A stretch of 64,000 nucleotides of DNA from Patescibacteria group bacterium (GCA_041651155.1 JBAZJU010000002.1:89852-153851), one strand, 5' to 3'. Counted from the stretch's first letter, positions 40,127 through 49,967 are shown. The notes: a model not told the origin generated them from the letters alone. Made by a program: numbers and translations.

Positions 40127-40759
40127 ATGAAATTTAAGCTTTTTTTCACTTTTGTCTTGATTTTTTTAATCTCAATTTTTTTTAGTTCCAAGGCTTTTGC
40201 CAAAACTAGAATTGAAGAAAAAGCAGATTGCCAGTACGAAATAAAAGTAAAGATGGTCTTTGATTTTAAGACGCCAAAAGCACAGGATTTGGCGGATTCA
40301 TTACTGGCAGAGTGGCAAAATGGCATGAACCAGGTTTGGCACGCTTATAAAAATGAAAAATGCCAGGCAAAATTTATTTTTACTTTAGATAAAATACCAG
40401 GAGGCAAAACCTGCAATGATTTTCCCAGCGCGCATTGTTATCAGGTTGTGGAGACAGATAGAAATCAGCGCGGTAATATCTCTGACTCCACTTTATCAGT
40501 GCCTAACAGTAATCAAAACAGCCAGGGTGAATGGACAATTTATACTACGGGATTAAACGCGGCTCATGAGGCAGGGCACATGATGGGTTTGGGTGATGAA
40601 TATCATTATAAAAAAATAAATAAACAATTGTTTTGGGTTGCCAATTACATATCTAAAAATGGCTGGCAAAGCATTATGGCGCAAACCTGGGACAAAGCGA
40701 CTTCATCACAAGAGCAGGTGTTAAATGTACTAAAGCAAGCTGGCTATACCAAATTTTAA
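40127..40759 (+). CDS. Secreted zinc metallopeptidase
   Basis: Signal peptide ending AFA; HEAGHMMGLGDEY (HExxHxxGxxD); SIM Met-turn. Confidence 0.75.
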   Translation: MKFKLFFTFVLIFLISIFFSSKAFAKTRIEEKADCQYEIKVKMVFDFKTPKAQDLADSLLAEWQNGMNQVWHAYKNEKCQAKFIFTLDKIPGGKTCNDFPSAHCYQVVETDRNQRGNISDSTLSVPNSNQNSQGEWTIYTTGLNAAHEAGHMMGLGDEYHYKKINKQLFWVANYISKNGWQSIMAQTWDKATSSQEQVLNVLKQAGYTKF

Positions 40760-40933
40760 ATTCATTTAAATATAAGTAATTAACTCGCTAAAAGGCGAGT
40801 TTTTTTGCTAAAATTAGTCAAAATAATAGTTTAATTTGGGTTTTGGCCTTGACAAAGTGGTATGTTTGTGCTAATATAATGGATTGTAAAGTGATTTACT
40901 TTCCTTTTAACAACTTGACAAGGAGGAGACAAC

Positions 40934-41191
40934 ATGACTATAGATGATATTGTTGAGAGGTATGATAAAAAAGCTTTGAAAATGGCTATTGGAAAACTCG
41001 AAGAAAGACTTCGAGTTGGCGACTTGGGCAATGAGGAATCAGCCAGGATATGGCTGCAGCTCAGCCATCTTTATGAACAAGCTAAAGATCTGTCCAGTTC
41101 ACGTTTTGCAAAAAAGCAAGTTGCCTGGTTCCGAGAGCAATGTTTGAAAGACAAAAAATTGCCTTTTAACCCAGAATTAGTAGCAGCCTAG
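40934..41191 (+). CDS. Hypothetical protein (SD-led orphan cassette)
   Basis: TTGACA-17-TAATAT at 40849-40877; AAGGAGG; downstream terminator. Confidence 0.65.
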   Translation: MTIDDIVERYDKKALKMAIGKLEERLRVGDLGNEESARIWLQLSHLYEQAKDLSSSRFAKKQVAWFREQCLKDKKLPFNPELVAA

Positions 41192-41329
41192 CCTAACCAG
41201 GGGTTATTCTACCCCTTTAAATCCCACCAAAATCTCCATTTGGAGCCCTTCACCAAGAAGGGTTCTTTTTTTACATAAAAAAAGCGGTCCGATGTTTTTT
41301 CGGTCCGCTTTTAAATTTAAAATGTTTTT

Positions 41330-41710
41330 TTATTTCGCCTCCTTTGCAGGCGCATTGACTGCCTTTAACCAGCCGCCCAGCATTTGGCCGACAGAATTTA
41401 AAGCTTCTTGGATTTCACTATATTTTGCCTCGCTAAGATTTTTTAAATCCTTGGCCATATTGGCAAAAACTTTCAGCGTGTCTAGCTTTCTCAGAGCCTG
41501 GATTAAAGTGTGTTTCTTTTCCTCCTTGCCTTGCCTGGTGGCAATGACAATGAGTTCCAAAATTTCTAAGATTGTAATTTCAGAACTTTTTCTTAAAGTG
41601 TTTTCTTCATTTTTTGAGATTTCGCCAGCCTCTTTATAGAGGTCATAGGTTTTATCTAAAATGGGGAATTTCTCAGAAAAATTCTCCAAAATGTCTTTGT
41701 ATTTTTGCAT
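41330..41710 (-). CDS. Avd-like (DGR accessory) four-helix-bundle protein
   Basis: PILDKTYDLYK...ILEILELI...LDTLKVF...VGQMLGGWLK pattern typical of bAvd homologues. Confidence 0.72.
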   Translation of the reverse strand: MQKYKDILENFSEKFPILDKTYDLYKEAGEISKNEENTLRKSSEITILEILELIVIATRQGKEEKKHTLIQALRKLDTLKVFANMAKDLKNLSEAKYSEIQEALNSVGQMLGGWLKAVNAPAKEAK

Positions 41711-41806
41711 AGGTTTTGTTTTTAATTTTTAGGATTTGGTTTGATTAATTAGTTCGACCTTTAATTATTTAATTATGAACTAAGAGATATGAAATATGAG
41801 ATGTTG

Positions 41807-42154
41807 CTAATAATACTTTTTTTGTAATGTTTTAACACTTTTGACTAGTATTTTGATTATTTCTTCGATTTCATCTAATAATTTAGATGCTCTTTCTTTC
41901 TTTATTAAATCAGCATCAATTGACATTAGTAGCCAACTTTTGGTCTCCTTAGCCTCCTTTCTTGAAATATTTAAGTAATAAGTAAATTCTTTTTTACTTA
42001 AAGAATTTTTTGCGTGAATTATGTTTGAATTTATAGACGTTCCAGATCGGATTAATTGTTTGCCTATAATAAAGGCGGCCGTAGTCTTTGGGAATTGATT
42101 CACTAATTTAATTGTGTTGATCGCAAAATTGTAGGTTCTTATTTCGGTATCCAT
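41807..42154 (-). CDS. Four-helix-bundle (23S rRNA IVP-like) protein
   Basis: RTYNFA...QLIRSGTSINSNI...SRKEAKETKSWL. Confidence 0.9.
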   Translation of the reverse strand: MDTEIRTYNFAINTIKLVNQFPKTTAAFIIGKQLIRSGTSINSNIIHAKNSLSKKEFTYYLNISRKEAKETKSWLLMSIDADLIKKERASKLLDEIEEIIKILVKSVKTLQKKYY

Positions 42155-42204
42155 ATTGAATTAATTAATAATAAATCTCATATCTCATAGTTCATAATTC
42201 ATAG

Positions 42205-44847
42205 TTAAGTTTTTGGCTTTCGGAATTTATATATGACCGCAGCCAAACTTAGTGCCAAAAACACAGCAGATGCAATTAAGTATTTCAAAACCGAATTTCC
42301 TAATTTATTGGGTGGAATTTGCGTGGAGGCTTCAGGGGCAGGGATTATTTGTTTTTCAATATCTGCTTCAGACCGAGGTAGTATTCTGTATTCTTCATTA
42401 TTTTTACTCAAGATGCCGGTAATTTTCAAATTATCTCCTTCAGCAAAATTAGCTTTGTTGATTTTGGTATTAGTTTTAAAATAAATTTCCGCTTCCCCGC
42501 TTTCATCTTTGATCATAAATTTTGAGCCATTTTTATCTAAAAGCAGTCCGGTAATTTGTACTAAATAACCGACTAGATCATTGTTAATTTCTTGAGAGGT
42601 TATAATTTTTGGTTGTGGCGGATCTTGATTTGAAATAACTTTAATATCTTGGGCAGACGCCAGTTTAATTCGTTTTTCACCCAAGGCTTCACTCAAGGTG
42701 CCGTTTAAATCCACTAAATCCCCGATTTTCAGATCAGGCCAGTTAGCTTTTGACATATAAACCTGAATGCCAGAACCAGCTACATACATCATGGTTTTAC
42801 CAAAAATATTTGGCAGGACTGAAACAACGCCCTGGGTTTTGACTAATGTGCCAACAGCCAAATTTTTAATATCTTTTAAATCAACTGAGACGACTTTTTT
42901 TGCGCTTGATTTTTTAGCAGTACTTTTTACAGCAGTGCTTTTGGCTGTTTGGGCGCTAACTTCACTCCCGCTTGATTCTGTAGTTGCAGTAATTTTAATC
43001 TTTTGGGCTTCTTTAGTTTCCAGCTGTCCATCACTCACTATTAAAGTAATTGAATAGGTGCCTTTTTGTTTGAATTGGTGCTGGGCAATCACAGAAGCAT
43101 AAGATTGGTCTTCTATTTGCCAGGTAAAATTTAATTCATCATCTTCCAGATCAAATGAATCTGAAGCATCACAGGTGATTATTTCATTAATATTGGCTGT
43201 CTTAGGACAATCAAGATTAATTTCCGGCGCATGGTTTAACTTGGTCAAAACATTTTCTTTGCCCGGGGTTGGCGTAATTGTCCAAAACCAGTAGCCATTT
43301 TCATCTTGGATATAAGAAGTATTTTCTGGCACATTCTCATCCTCGCTATATTTTACTGTTTGAATGGTTTTATCATCAGGGGAAATTAATTTTAGAGTTT
43401 CTTTGTCATTGTTTAAAGCCAGGCCGCTGATTTTTCTTTCAATAGCTAAGAATTCATTGGGTTTGAGAATGGTTGTTGTAAAATCATTTATAGAAATTCT
43501 ATATTTTTTCTTACTTGCATCCTGAATTTGCCAACCCTTTAGGTCTGCTTCTTGGTCGCCTGTATTTTTTAATTCAATGAACTCAAATTCCAGGTCAGAA
43601 CCGGGCGGATTAGGAAAAAGTTCATTTATAACAATTTTATCTTTAATTTTTTGCTTGCTTTCTTTGTCTGTTGTTTCAGTCGCTGTTTTACTTTTTTCTT
43701 CCTCTGTTAAAGAAATTATATTTGCTTCACCTTTAGTCGGTGTTTGGGTAACTGCGAAGTCATTTTTATTATTGAAAGTTTCAGCACCGTCAAAAATCCT
43801 GGCTGTGGAATCTGGGTCTTTGGCGACAGGCGCGTTATTCTCGGGGAAGCCATTATCCCAGTTGCCGTAAAAGACAGCATCAATAATATTATTTTTATCA
43901 TCTTTTAAAATTATGGCATCGCCGCTATTATTTAATTTGCCCTTAGGATTCTCAATGACCAGAAATTTATTATCAAAATTTGAGCCGATTGTACCAGTCA
44001 GATTGGTTTGCGCGCCTGAGCCGTCAGTGATTGTATAGCCGGCCAAATCAATATCAAAAATATTTTTATTGTAAAGTTCTAGCCATTCCACTTCTCCATC
44101 AGCCGGATCTGAGACAAACTCATTAATTACTAAGGTTCCGGAGGAAACAATTTTTCTGTTGCTTGAGGTTGAAGCAAGGGGATTGTCTTCCGGTTGAGGA
44201 TCATCGGCCGGCGGTTGATCAGGCGGCGGGTCGTCTGTGGGAGGCTCATCTGCCGGAGGATCGTCATCGGGCGGCGGGTCATCAGCCGGCGGCGGGTCAA
44301 TCGGAGGCTGATTTGGAAATTCATTGGCCTTGCCAGCGGAATTGGCAGCGGCATGAACTTGCCAGTTAGCCGTTGTATAATCATTTAAATTTAAATCAAC
44401 TCTTTGCAAAGAAGTGTCAGGGCAAGGCAAATAAGTAAAAATTTCAATGGTTTCGCCGGCAGAATTTTTTAAGCCAATTTCTTCGCCATCTTCGCGCAAA
44501 CTGGACCAGGAGCTATCAATAATTGTGCCAGTAAAGTCAGAATATTTTTGTTTGAACAAATCAGCTTTGTTGGCGATGATGGCATATTCACCTGGATCAA
44601 TGATTAAATCGTTTTGGAATGCGCTTAAGCGGTGATTAGTCTGGTCTTCGTAAAATTTCCAGTTAGTTAAATCAACCGGTTCTGCGCCTTTATTATAAAT
44701 TTCCACCCATTCATTGTCGCTTGTTTCATATGCGCCGATTTCTGAGATGACAATATCAGAATCAGCAGCGTAAGCATAAATCGGGAAATTAAAAAATCCC
44801 AACAATAATAAAGTTAGGACCGCAAATCTTTGTTTTTTGTTTTTCAT
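42205..44847 (-). CDS. Secreted, C-terminally anchored lamin-tail-domain protein with PKD and OB-fold domains
   Basis: Three (I/V)xE...EW(V/L)E(I/L)YN-type LTD domains, DPPP linker, GTYSITLIVSDG (PKD), RILPRSEADI, C-terminal TM. Confidence 0.85.
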   Translation of the reverse strand: MKNKKQRFAVLTLLLLGFFNFPIYAYAADSDIVISEIGAYETSDNEWVEIYNKGAEPVDLTNWKFYEDQTNHRLSAFQNDLIIDPGEYAIIANKADLFKQKYSDFTGTIIDSSWSSLREDGEEIGLKNSAGETIEIFTYLPCPDTSLQRVDLNLNDYTTANWQVHAAANSAGKANEFPNQPPIDPPPADDPPPDDDPPADEPPTDDPPPDQPPADDPQPEDNPLASTSSNRKIVSSGTLVINEFVSDPADGEVEWLELYNKNIFDIDLAGYTITDGSGAQTNLTGTIGSNFDNKFLVIENPKGKLNNSGDAIILKDDKNNIIDAVFYGNWDNGFPENNAPVAKDPDSTARIFDGAETFNNKNDFAVTQTPTKGEANIISLTEEEKSKTATETTDKESKQKIKDKIVINELFPNPPGSDLEFEFIELKNTGDQEADLKGWQIQDASKKKYRISINDFTTTILKPNEFLAIERKISGLALNNDKETLKLISPDDKTIQTVKYSEDENVPENTSYIQDENGYWFWTITPTPGKENVLTKLNHAPEINLDCPKTANINEIITCDASDSFDLEDDELNFTWQIEDQSYASVIAQHQFKQKGTYSITLIVSDGQLETKEAQKIKITATTESSGSEVSAQTAKSTAVKSTAKKSSAKKVVSVDLKDIKNLAVGTLVKTQGVVSVLPNIFGKTMMYVAGSGIQVYMSKANWPDLKIGDLVDLNGTLSEALGEKRIKLASAQDIKVISNQDPPQPKIITSQEINNDLVGYLVQITGLLLDKNGSKFMIKDESGEAEIYFKTNTKINKANFAEGDNLKITGILSKNNEEYRILPRSEADIEKQIIPAPEASTQIPPNKLGNSVLKYLIASAVFLALSLAAVIYKFRKPKT

Positions 44848-45158
44848 AGATTTTATTTTTATTTTATTTATACTTTTAGCATAGCAAACAAAATTTTAGG
44901 GTCAATATTAATTTGGGCTGAGATTTTGTTAGAAATGATTAGATGATTTATACACACAGGAAAACAAAAACCTCCCTTGTTCTTTAGAGCAAGGCGAAGA
45001 ATCATCTATTCATCATTATATGCGGAATGATAAAAGAGGCGGATTTTTGTTAAAAATTTTTAACAGCTAATTTTTATTTTTGGGGATAAATTTTAATTTG
45101 CAATTTTAGAAATTTTGCATTAAGATATAATTCTGGACTTTAACAAAGGAGGAGTAGA

Positions 45159-45722
45159 ATGCTTTACAAGCAAAACTTGCAGGAATTTTTTGAGACAGAG
45201 CTATTTGATGTTTTTGCCAAAAGACAGAATCTTTTGCCAAAAAATGAATCAATTTTTCAGCTTAATTTGCCCTATGTTGTCGGTATTTTGGTTAGGTTTT
45301 TCAAAACAGAAGAATTTACCAGGGATTTTACGGCTACCCCACTCTATGATTTGAGATTGAATGGAAACGCGGGCATTCCTAAAATTCAAGGCCTAGCAGA
45401 CTTTTGTCTGTTTAGGACGGGTATCTTCCCTTTAGATTTTAATACCAAAAGGGTGCCGCCTCGTAGAAATTTTGTAATGGCTGGCAAAAGCGCCTATTTT
45501 GATTTAAGCCTGAGGCTGAAAGAAAGATCTCTTCTCTTCCATTCCTTAGCGCTAAATTTTGTAATCTTGGCCAACATGATCAGTGAGGTCAGATTGAAAA
45601 ATCTGCCTGAACAAGAAATCCTTAAACTTTTTGAATTTTGGCAGGAGAGCGGGAATCCTTTGGCTGGAGAGCTGTTGACTAAGATGGGAGTATCGCTCAC
45701 TAGCTTAAAAACCTCACAATAA
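45159..45722 (+). CDS. Conserved-type hypothetical protein (SD-led cassette)
   Basis: TTGCAA-17-TAAGAT promoter, AAGGAGG; LADFCLFRTGIFP...GKSAY pattern. Confidence 0.7.
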   Translation: MLYKQNLQEFFETELFDVFAKRQNLLPKNESIFQLNLPYVVGILVRFFKTEEFTRDFTATPLYDLRLNGNAGIPKIQGLADFCLFRTGIFPLDFNTKRVPPRRNFVMAGKSAYFDLSLRLKERSLLFHSLALNFVILANMISEVRLKNLPEQEILKLFEFWQESGNPLAGELLTKMGVSLTSLKTSQ

Positions 45723-45770
45723 AAAATCCCCCTGTACCAGATGGTACAGGGGGCGTTTTTTTTAGTTTTT

Positions 45771-46052
45771 TTACAAAACAGCTTCTTTGGCAGCTTTGGC
45801 CACACGGAACTTGACCACTGTTTTCGCCGGAATCTTGATAGAAGCGCCAGTTGCTGGATTTCGGCCCATTCTTTCTTTGCGGTGTACTTTAACAAACTTG
45901 CCTAAGCCTGGGATTGCAAAGACCCCATTTTTCTTAACTTCCTTGTAAGCCAATTCAATCATTGCCATCATCACAGCTTCCACTTCTTTTTTCTTCATGT
46001 TGGTGCTTTCAGCTAAAGCTGCAAGCGCCTGAGATTTGGTCATTTTTGCCAT
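45771..46052 (-). CDS. hup: HU family DNA-binding protein
   Basis: PGLGKF...RMGRNPATG..IKIPAK..VKFR. Confidence 0.95.
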   Translation of the reverse strand: MAKMTKSQALAALAESTNMKKKEVEAVMMAMIELAYKEVKKNGVFAIPGLGKFVKVHRKERMGRNPATGASIKIPAKTVVKFRVAKAAKEAVL

Positions 46053-46278
46053 AATCTTTTATAATTATTTAATTATTAGTCCACTTACATTATATAACAT
46101 AAGAGTAAAAATGTGAAGAAAATAAAGGGTTTTTCCACAATCAGGGTTTTTTAGTTAATTCGGGCATGTTTTGCTTTTTGTTGACACAATTTAAAAATTT
46201 TGCTAATTTGAGGTATAATAAAAGTGTCAGATTTAGCTACTATTACTTAAATAATCTAATTAATTAAGTAATTGCTTT

Positions 46279-46539
46279 ATGGAAAAAGACCAGAAATTTT
46301 TAGAAACTTTGTTAGACATGCTTGTTTCCAAGCCCAAGAAAGTAAAGGTTGCGCGCATGGTAAATGAAAGAGGAGTTTTGCTGACAATTGATGTTGATCC
46401 CGAGGATTTAGGCACTTTGATTGGCAAGCAGGGCAGAAATATTGATGCGATCCGAGGCTTGGTCAGAATAATCGGCATGAAAGAAAAGGCTTTTGTTAGC
46501 GTCAAATTAAATCAGCCTGATCGGGAAGAAGCTAAATAA
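46279..46539 (+). CDS. khpA: KH-domain RNA-binding protein KhpA
   Basis: VDPEDLGTLIGKQGRNIDAIR. Confidence 0.88.
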   Translation: MEKDQKFLETLLDMLVSKPKKVKVARMVNERGVLLTIDVDPEDLGTLIGKQGRNIDAIRGLVRIIGMKEKAFVSVKLNQPDREEAK

Positions 46540-46663
46540 TTTTTAAAAAATAAAATTTTATATAAATAACCCAGTCTCATGGACTTGGGTTATTTTTGTC
46601 CGGGCTTTGACCCGGATTAAATTAAAACTTAAATTTAAGGATAAATACCAGTCGAGACGAATT

Positions 46664-48025
46664 TTAAAGTTCCACGATTTGTCCATATTTAGGCGCTTCA
46701 GCATTAATGCCTAATTTACCAGCAAGCAGGTTTTTTAAAACTTCAGCTGGCTCTTTTTCACCCTGAACCGTAAAGACTTTTTTAAGCGGACTTTTTATAT
46801 TTTGAATAAAATTTAAAATTCCTTTTTTGTCAGCATGGGCAGAATACCCGCCGATTGCCCGGCCTTCAGCCATATTTTTTATATCCACGCCCATTATGCG
46901 TACAAGAGGCAGGCCTTCTAGTATTTTTCTGCCCAAGGTGCCTTCAACCTGAAAACCAATAACTAGAAAGATATTGTTTGGATTGGGCAGATAATCTTTT
47001 TCATGGAACAAAATTCGACCGCCAGTTGACATGCCGCCGCCGGCAATAATTACTTTGGGCGCGTTTACTTTTATTATTCTTTTAGATTCTTGAGATGAAG
47101 CAGTGAATTTTAAACCAGGGAAATTAAAAATATCATCACCCGAAGCAATTATATAGCGAGTTTTTTGATTAAAATATGATTGGTGTTTTTTATAAACCTC
47201 AGTAATTTTTATGGCCAAAGGGCTGTCAATGAAAATCGGCACCTGAGGAATAATTTTATTTTCCACAAAAGCATTTAATTCGTATAAAAGTTCCTGGGTG
47301 CGTTCAAGCGCAAAAGAAGGAATCATTAAAACCGCTTTTCTTTTGATGGTATCTAAAAAAGTTTGCAAAAGCAGGGCTTTGCTTTCTTTTTTAGATTCAT
47401 GATTCCTGTCACCATATGCTGAATCAACGAGCAGGTAGTCAGTGTCAGTAATTTGGTAAGTGGGATTTAAAAGCGGAGTAGGCGGGTTGCCCAAATCACC
47501 GGTAAAAACAATTTTAACTTTTTTAGTGTCTTCAGTTAATTGCAGTTCAATCATGCTGGAGCCGAGAATGTGGCCGGCATCTCTTAGAGTAAATTCCAAG
47601 TTATCGTTTAATTTGTTCGGCTGGTCATATTCATGAATTTTAATTTGATTCAACATGTTTTGTAAATCTTGCTGGCCATATAATGGCTCAAGCCCATTGT
47701 TTTTAAATTCCTCTGACATTAAATGAACCGCATCTTCCAAGGCTACGGCCATGAGGTCTTTGGTGGGAGGAGTGCAAAAGATTTGCCCTTTAAAACCGTT
47801 TTTGACCAGCTGGCCCAGCCGGCCGCAATGGTCTAAATGCGAATGAGTGACAAAAACATAATCAATTGTTTTTGGATCATAAGGAAAGGGCTGGTGGTTT
47901 AATTCATTGACCTCAGACGGACCCTGAAACAAGCCACAGTCAACCAGGAGCCTGGTTTTGCCAACTTCTATTAAGTAATTTGAGCCTGTGACAACCCCGG
48001 CACCCCCGTAGAAATGTAATTTCAT
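46664..48025 (-). CDS. MBL-fold beta-CASP ribonuclease
   Basis: VTGSNY, THSHLDH, DAGHILGS, FTGDLG and YSAHAD motifs. Confidence 0.93.
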   Translation of the reverse strand: MKLHFYGGAGVVTGSNYLIEVGKTRLLVDCGLFQGPSEVNELNHQPFPYDPKTIDYVFVTHSHLDHCGRLGQLVKNGFKGQIFCTPPTKDLMAVALEDAVHLMSEEFKNNGLEPLYGQQDLQNMLNQIKIHEYDQPNKLNDNLEFTLRDAGHILGSSMIELQLTEDTKKVKIVFTGDLGNPPTPLLNPTYQITDTDYLLVDSAYGDRNHESKKESKALLLQTFLDTIKRKAVLMIPSFALERTQELLYELNAFVENKIIPQVPIFIDSPLAIKITEVYKKHQSYFNQKTRYIIASGDDIFNFPGLKFTASSQESKRIIKVNAPKVIIAGGGMSTGGRILFHEKDYLPNPNNIFLVIGFQVEGTLGRKILEGLPLVRIMGVDIKNMAEGRAIGGYSAHADKKGILNFIQNIKSPLKKVFTVQGEKEPAEVLKNLLAGKLGINAEAPKYGQIVEL

Positions 48026-48053
48026 TGGTTAATTGGGTTATTAATAAATTCGT

Positions 48054-48093
48054 CTTCGCCAACCGAAATTTAGTTTCGGCCAACGAAGGTTGG
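48054..48093. repeat. REP-like iterated-hairpin element (CCAA/TTGG type, degenerate)
   Basis: CTTCG CCAA CCGAAATTTAGTTTCGG CCAA CGAAGG TTGG; cf. 61668-61712. Confidence 0.75.
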
Positions 48094-48302
48094 TTTATTT
48101 ATTTATTTGGTTGTAAATTTGAGTTAATTATAGCATAATTGATTTTTCTCTCATAAGAAAAGTGGCGACAGTGCCGCCACTTTAATTTGTACCCTTTTTG
48201 TGTTGCCTTGAGGTTTTGCCCATTTAGGACACTTGACAGCCGCTCTCTATATAGGCTCCTCCTTTCTCCAAATGTGCTCTTTGGTCTTAGCAGGGTTTAG
48301 GT

Positions 48303-48479
48303 CTACCTGCATGGAATCTTGAGATCACTTACTAGCACTATGTGTTTTCTGCATGGAATATAGGGCTTTTCCAAGCGCGCGCTTAGAAGCACTGCTTTCC
48401 CCACTCTTTTTATTATGGATATTTTGGACCGGGGAACCAATCGTATACCTTTAAATAGTTTAGTACTGTTTCTTGGCAT
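48303..48479 (-). CDS. Small basic hypothetical protein (58 aa)
   Basis: AAGGAG SD; MPRNSTKLFKG...KIPCR*; terminator at 48158-48183. Confidence 0.5.
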   Translation of the reverse strand: MPRNSTKLFKGIRLVPRSKISIIKRVGKAVLLSARLEKPYIPCRKHIVLVSDLKIPCR

Positions 48480-48571
48480 TATCTGTCTCCTTTTTGTGAG
48501 ATTACAAAGCCTTATTCTTTAAATTTAATATAACAAAAAGAATATAATTAAACAATATATTTCGGGAAATT

Positions 48572-48630
48572 AAAAAGCCGGGATGGCTTTTAATTAAGTA
48601 ATAACATTTGTTGAATTTGCCAATCCCGGC
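48572..48630 (-). terminator. Large-loop terminator of micropeptide unit A
   Basis: GCCGGGAT...ATCCCGGC-TTTT, repeated at 49093-49152 and 50221-50280. Confidence 0.75.
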
Positions 48631-48690
48631 GCTGGAGTTTTGTTTTAGGCTGTTACTGCTTTTTTAGGCAGTGTAATCCTAGCCTTTGGA

Positions 48691-48753
48691 TCAGCCCGCT
48701 GCGCTTTCCTTCTCCCCTTGTGAGGCCTGAGTTTTCATTCCGAAAACAATCAT
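48691..48753 (-). CDS. MIV-family micropeptide MIVFGMKTQASQGEKESAAG (20 aa)
   Basis: GAAAGGT SD-like element; paralogous N- and C-termini. Confidence 0.55.
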   Translation of the reverse strand: MIVFGMKTQASQGEKESAAG

Positions 48754-48871
48754 AATTTTTACCTTTCATTGCGGGTTGAAAATAGAGCCTGGCGTAACTT
48801 TGACTTAGTAAGAAGGTAATTCGGGACAATAATAAGTGTCCCTGAGGATAGCCAGTGGCCGGAGAAGGCCG

Positions 48872-48961
48872 TTATAACCGGTTTTCCTCTTTTTTGAATG
48901 CGGTTTGCCTTTTTTCCTGCCGAACTTCTCTTGGTCCTGCCCTTGCTCTTACTTCTGACAT
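48872..48961 (-). CDS. RAGP-family micropeptide MSEVRARAGPREVRQEKRQTAFKKEENRL (29 aa)
   Basis: GAGGAGG SD; RAGP encoded AGG GCA GGA CCA, synonymous to the other copies. Confidence 0.7.
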   Translation of the reverse strand: MSEVRARAGPREVRQEKRQTAFKKEENRL

Positions 48962-49034
48962 GATTGTCCTCCTCGGTTTTGGGGCACTTTGTGCCTTGAC
49001 AATATTATGGGCTACTGCAGCAACCTTTGATTTA

Positions 49035-49080
49035 ATTGTAGCAAAAAATACAGTTTGAGCAAATTAAAATTTGTGGATAA
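49035..49080 (-). promoter_or_regulatory. Unit A promoter with upstream DnaA box
   Basis: TTATCCACA (49080-49072); TTGCTC-16-TACAAT with extended TG. Confidence 0.65.
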
Positions 49081-49092
49081 ATTTGGCAAATT

Positions 49093-49152
49093 AAAAAGCC
49101 GGGATGGGCTTTTAATTAAGTATAAACATTTGTTGAATTTGCCAATCCCGGC
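49093..49152 (-). terminator. Large-loop terminator of micropeptide unit B
   Basis: Identical to 50221-50280. Confidence 0.75.
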
Positions 49153-49185
49153 TCGTGTGACAGGCTTTTGCCTTGTGGCGATGGC

Positions 49186-49266
49186 TTAGTCTGCCGCTAT
49201 GCTCTTGGGTCTTGCAGCGCACTTTGTGTGCAACGACTGCTTAGTTGTCCTCAACGTTACAATCAT
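49186..49266 (-). CDS. MIV-family micropeptide MIVTLRTTKQSLHTKCAARPKSIAAD (26 aa)
   Basis: AAGGAG SD; paralogous to the other MIV peptides. Confidence 0.65.
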   Translation of the reverse strand: MIVTLRTTKQSLHTKCAARPKSIAAD

Positions 49267-49378
49267 ATAATGGACTCCTTTTTGATCCGTATTGAAATGT
49301 TTACGGATAAGTCCGCATTTAAATCGCGGGGGATTTTGCCGCTTTTTATATCGCCCTCAAGAGTTTCCTCTAGGGGCT

Positions 49379-49402
49379 TTATATTACACAGCGTAGTTCC
49401 AC
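49379..49402 (-). CDS. Heptapeptide ORF MELRCVI (GTG start)
   Basis: GGGAGG SD; same position and length in three copies. Confidence 0.5.
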   Translation of the reverse strand: MELRCVI

Positions 49403-49429
49403 CATGTCCTCCCTTTTCCGGTTCGCCGT

Positions 49430-49507
49430 TTACAGTGCCGTTTTCTTCGTGGCCACTCGGGCCGGTAAGCTTTTGCTGACTTCCAATTTCGGACCTGCTC
49501 TTGCCAT
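49430..49507 (-). CDS. RAGP-family micropeptide MARAGPKLEVSKSLPARVATKKTAL (25 aa)
   Basis: AGGAGGT SD. Confidence 0.7.
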   Translation of the reverse strand: MARAGPKLEVSKSLPARVATKKTAL

Positions 49508-49602
49508 AAGGCACCTCCTGGATTGTTTTTGGACATTGTCTGCCCGGTTCAATAGTCTTTGGTCGTGATGACCTCGTGACGTGAGCTAGCCTCGAAGACG
49601 GC

Positions 49603-49707
49603 TTAGCCTGCCACTACACTCGTGGTTTCTTTGCAGCGTACTATGTCCTTTCCCGGGGCGTTGTACGCGAAAATCTTAGAAGTGTTCGTTTTTAACGTTA
49701 CAATCAT
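49603..49707 (-). CDS. MIV-family micropeptide MIVTLKTNTSKIFAYNAPGKDIVRCKETTSVVAG (34 aa)
   Basis: AGGAG SD. Confidence 0.65.
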   Translation of the reverse strand: MIVTLKTNTSKIFAYNAPGKDIVRCKETTSVVAG

Positions 49708-49774
49708 AAGATGATCTCCTGTTTGTTCGTGGTATTGTGAAACGATCTCGGGCACAACATGGCCTTTTTGGCGC

Positions 49775-49849
49775 TCATGCCCGCAGTTCGGTGGCAGGCA
49801 ATACTGCCATTGAGTGGAATCCCGTTGTCTGTAAATTGGTGACAATCAT
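49775..49849 (-). CDS. MIV-family micropeptide MIVTNLQTTGFHSMAVLPATELRA (24 aa)
   Basis: AAGGAG SD; MIVT encoded with GTC ACC versus GTA ACG in the other copies. Confidence 0.6.
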   Translation of the reverse strand: MIVTNLQTTGFHSMAVLPATELRA

Positions 49850-49943
49850 ATCTGGGTCTCCTTTTAGATCCCGATGATTTATTGTCAGAACAAAAGAATG
49901 TCTCCGCATTTGTTACGCCCATGAAGTCCCTACCCCATGGGCC

Positions 49944-49967
49944 TTAGACATTGAAATTATTTTCCAC
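49944..49967 (-). CDS. Heptapeptide ORF MENNFNV (GTG start)
   Basis: AAGGAG SD; positional homologue of MELRCVI. Confidence 0.5.
   Translation of the reverse strand: MENNFNV

Noticed and set aside
44170-44310. GC-rich repeat as a mobile element
   Set aside because: It encodes the DPPP/DDPP linker of the lamin-tail protein.
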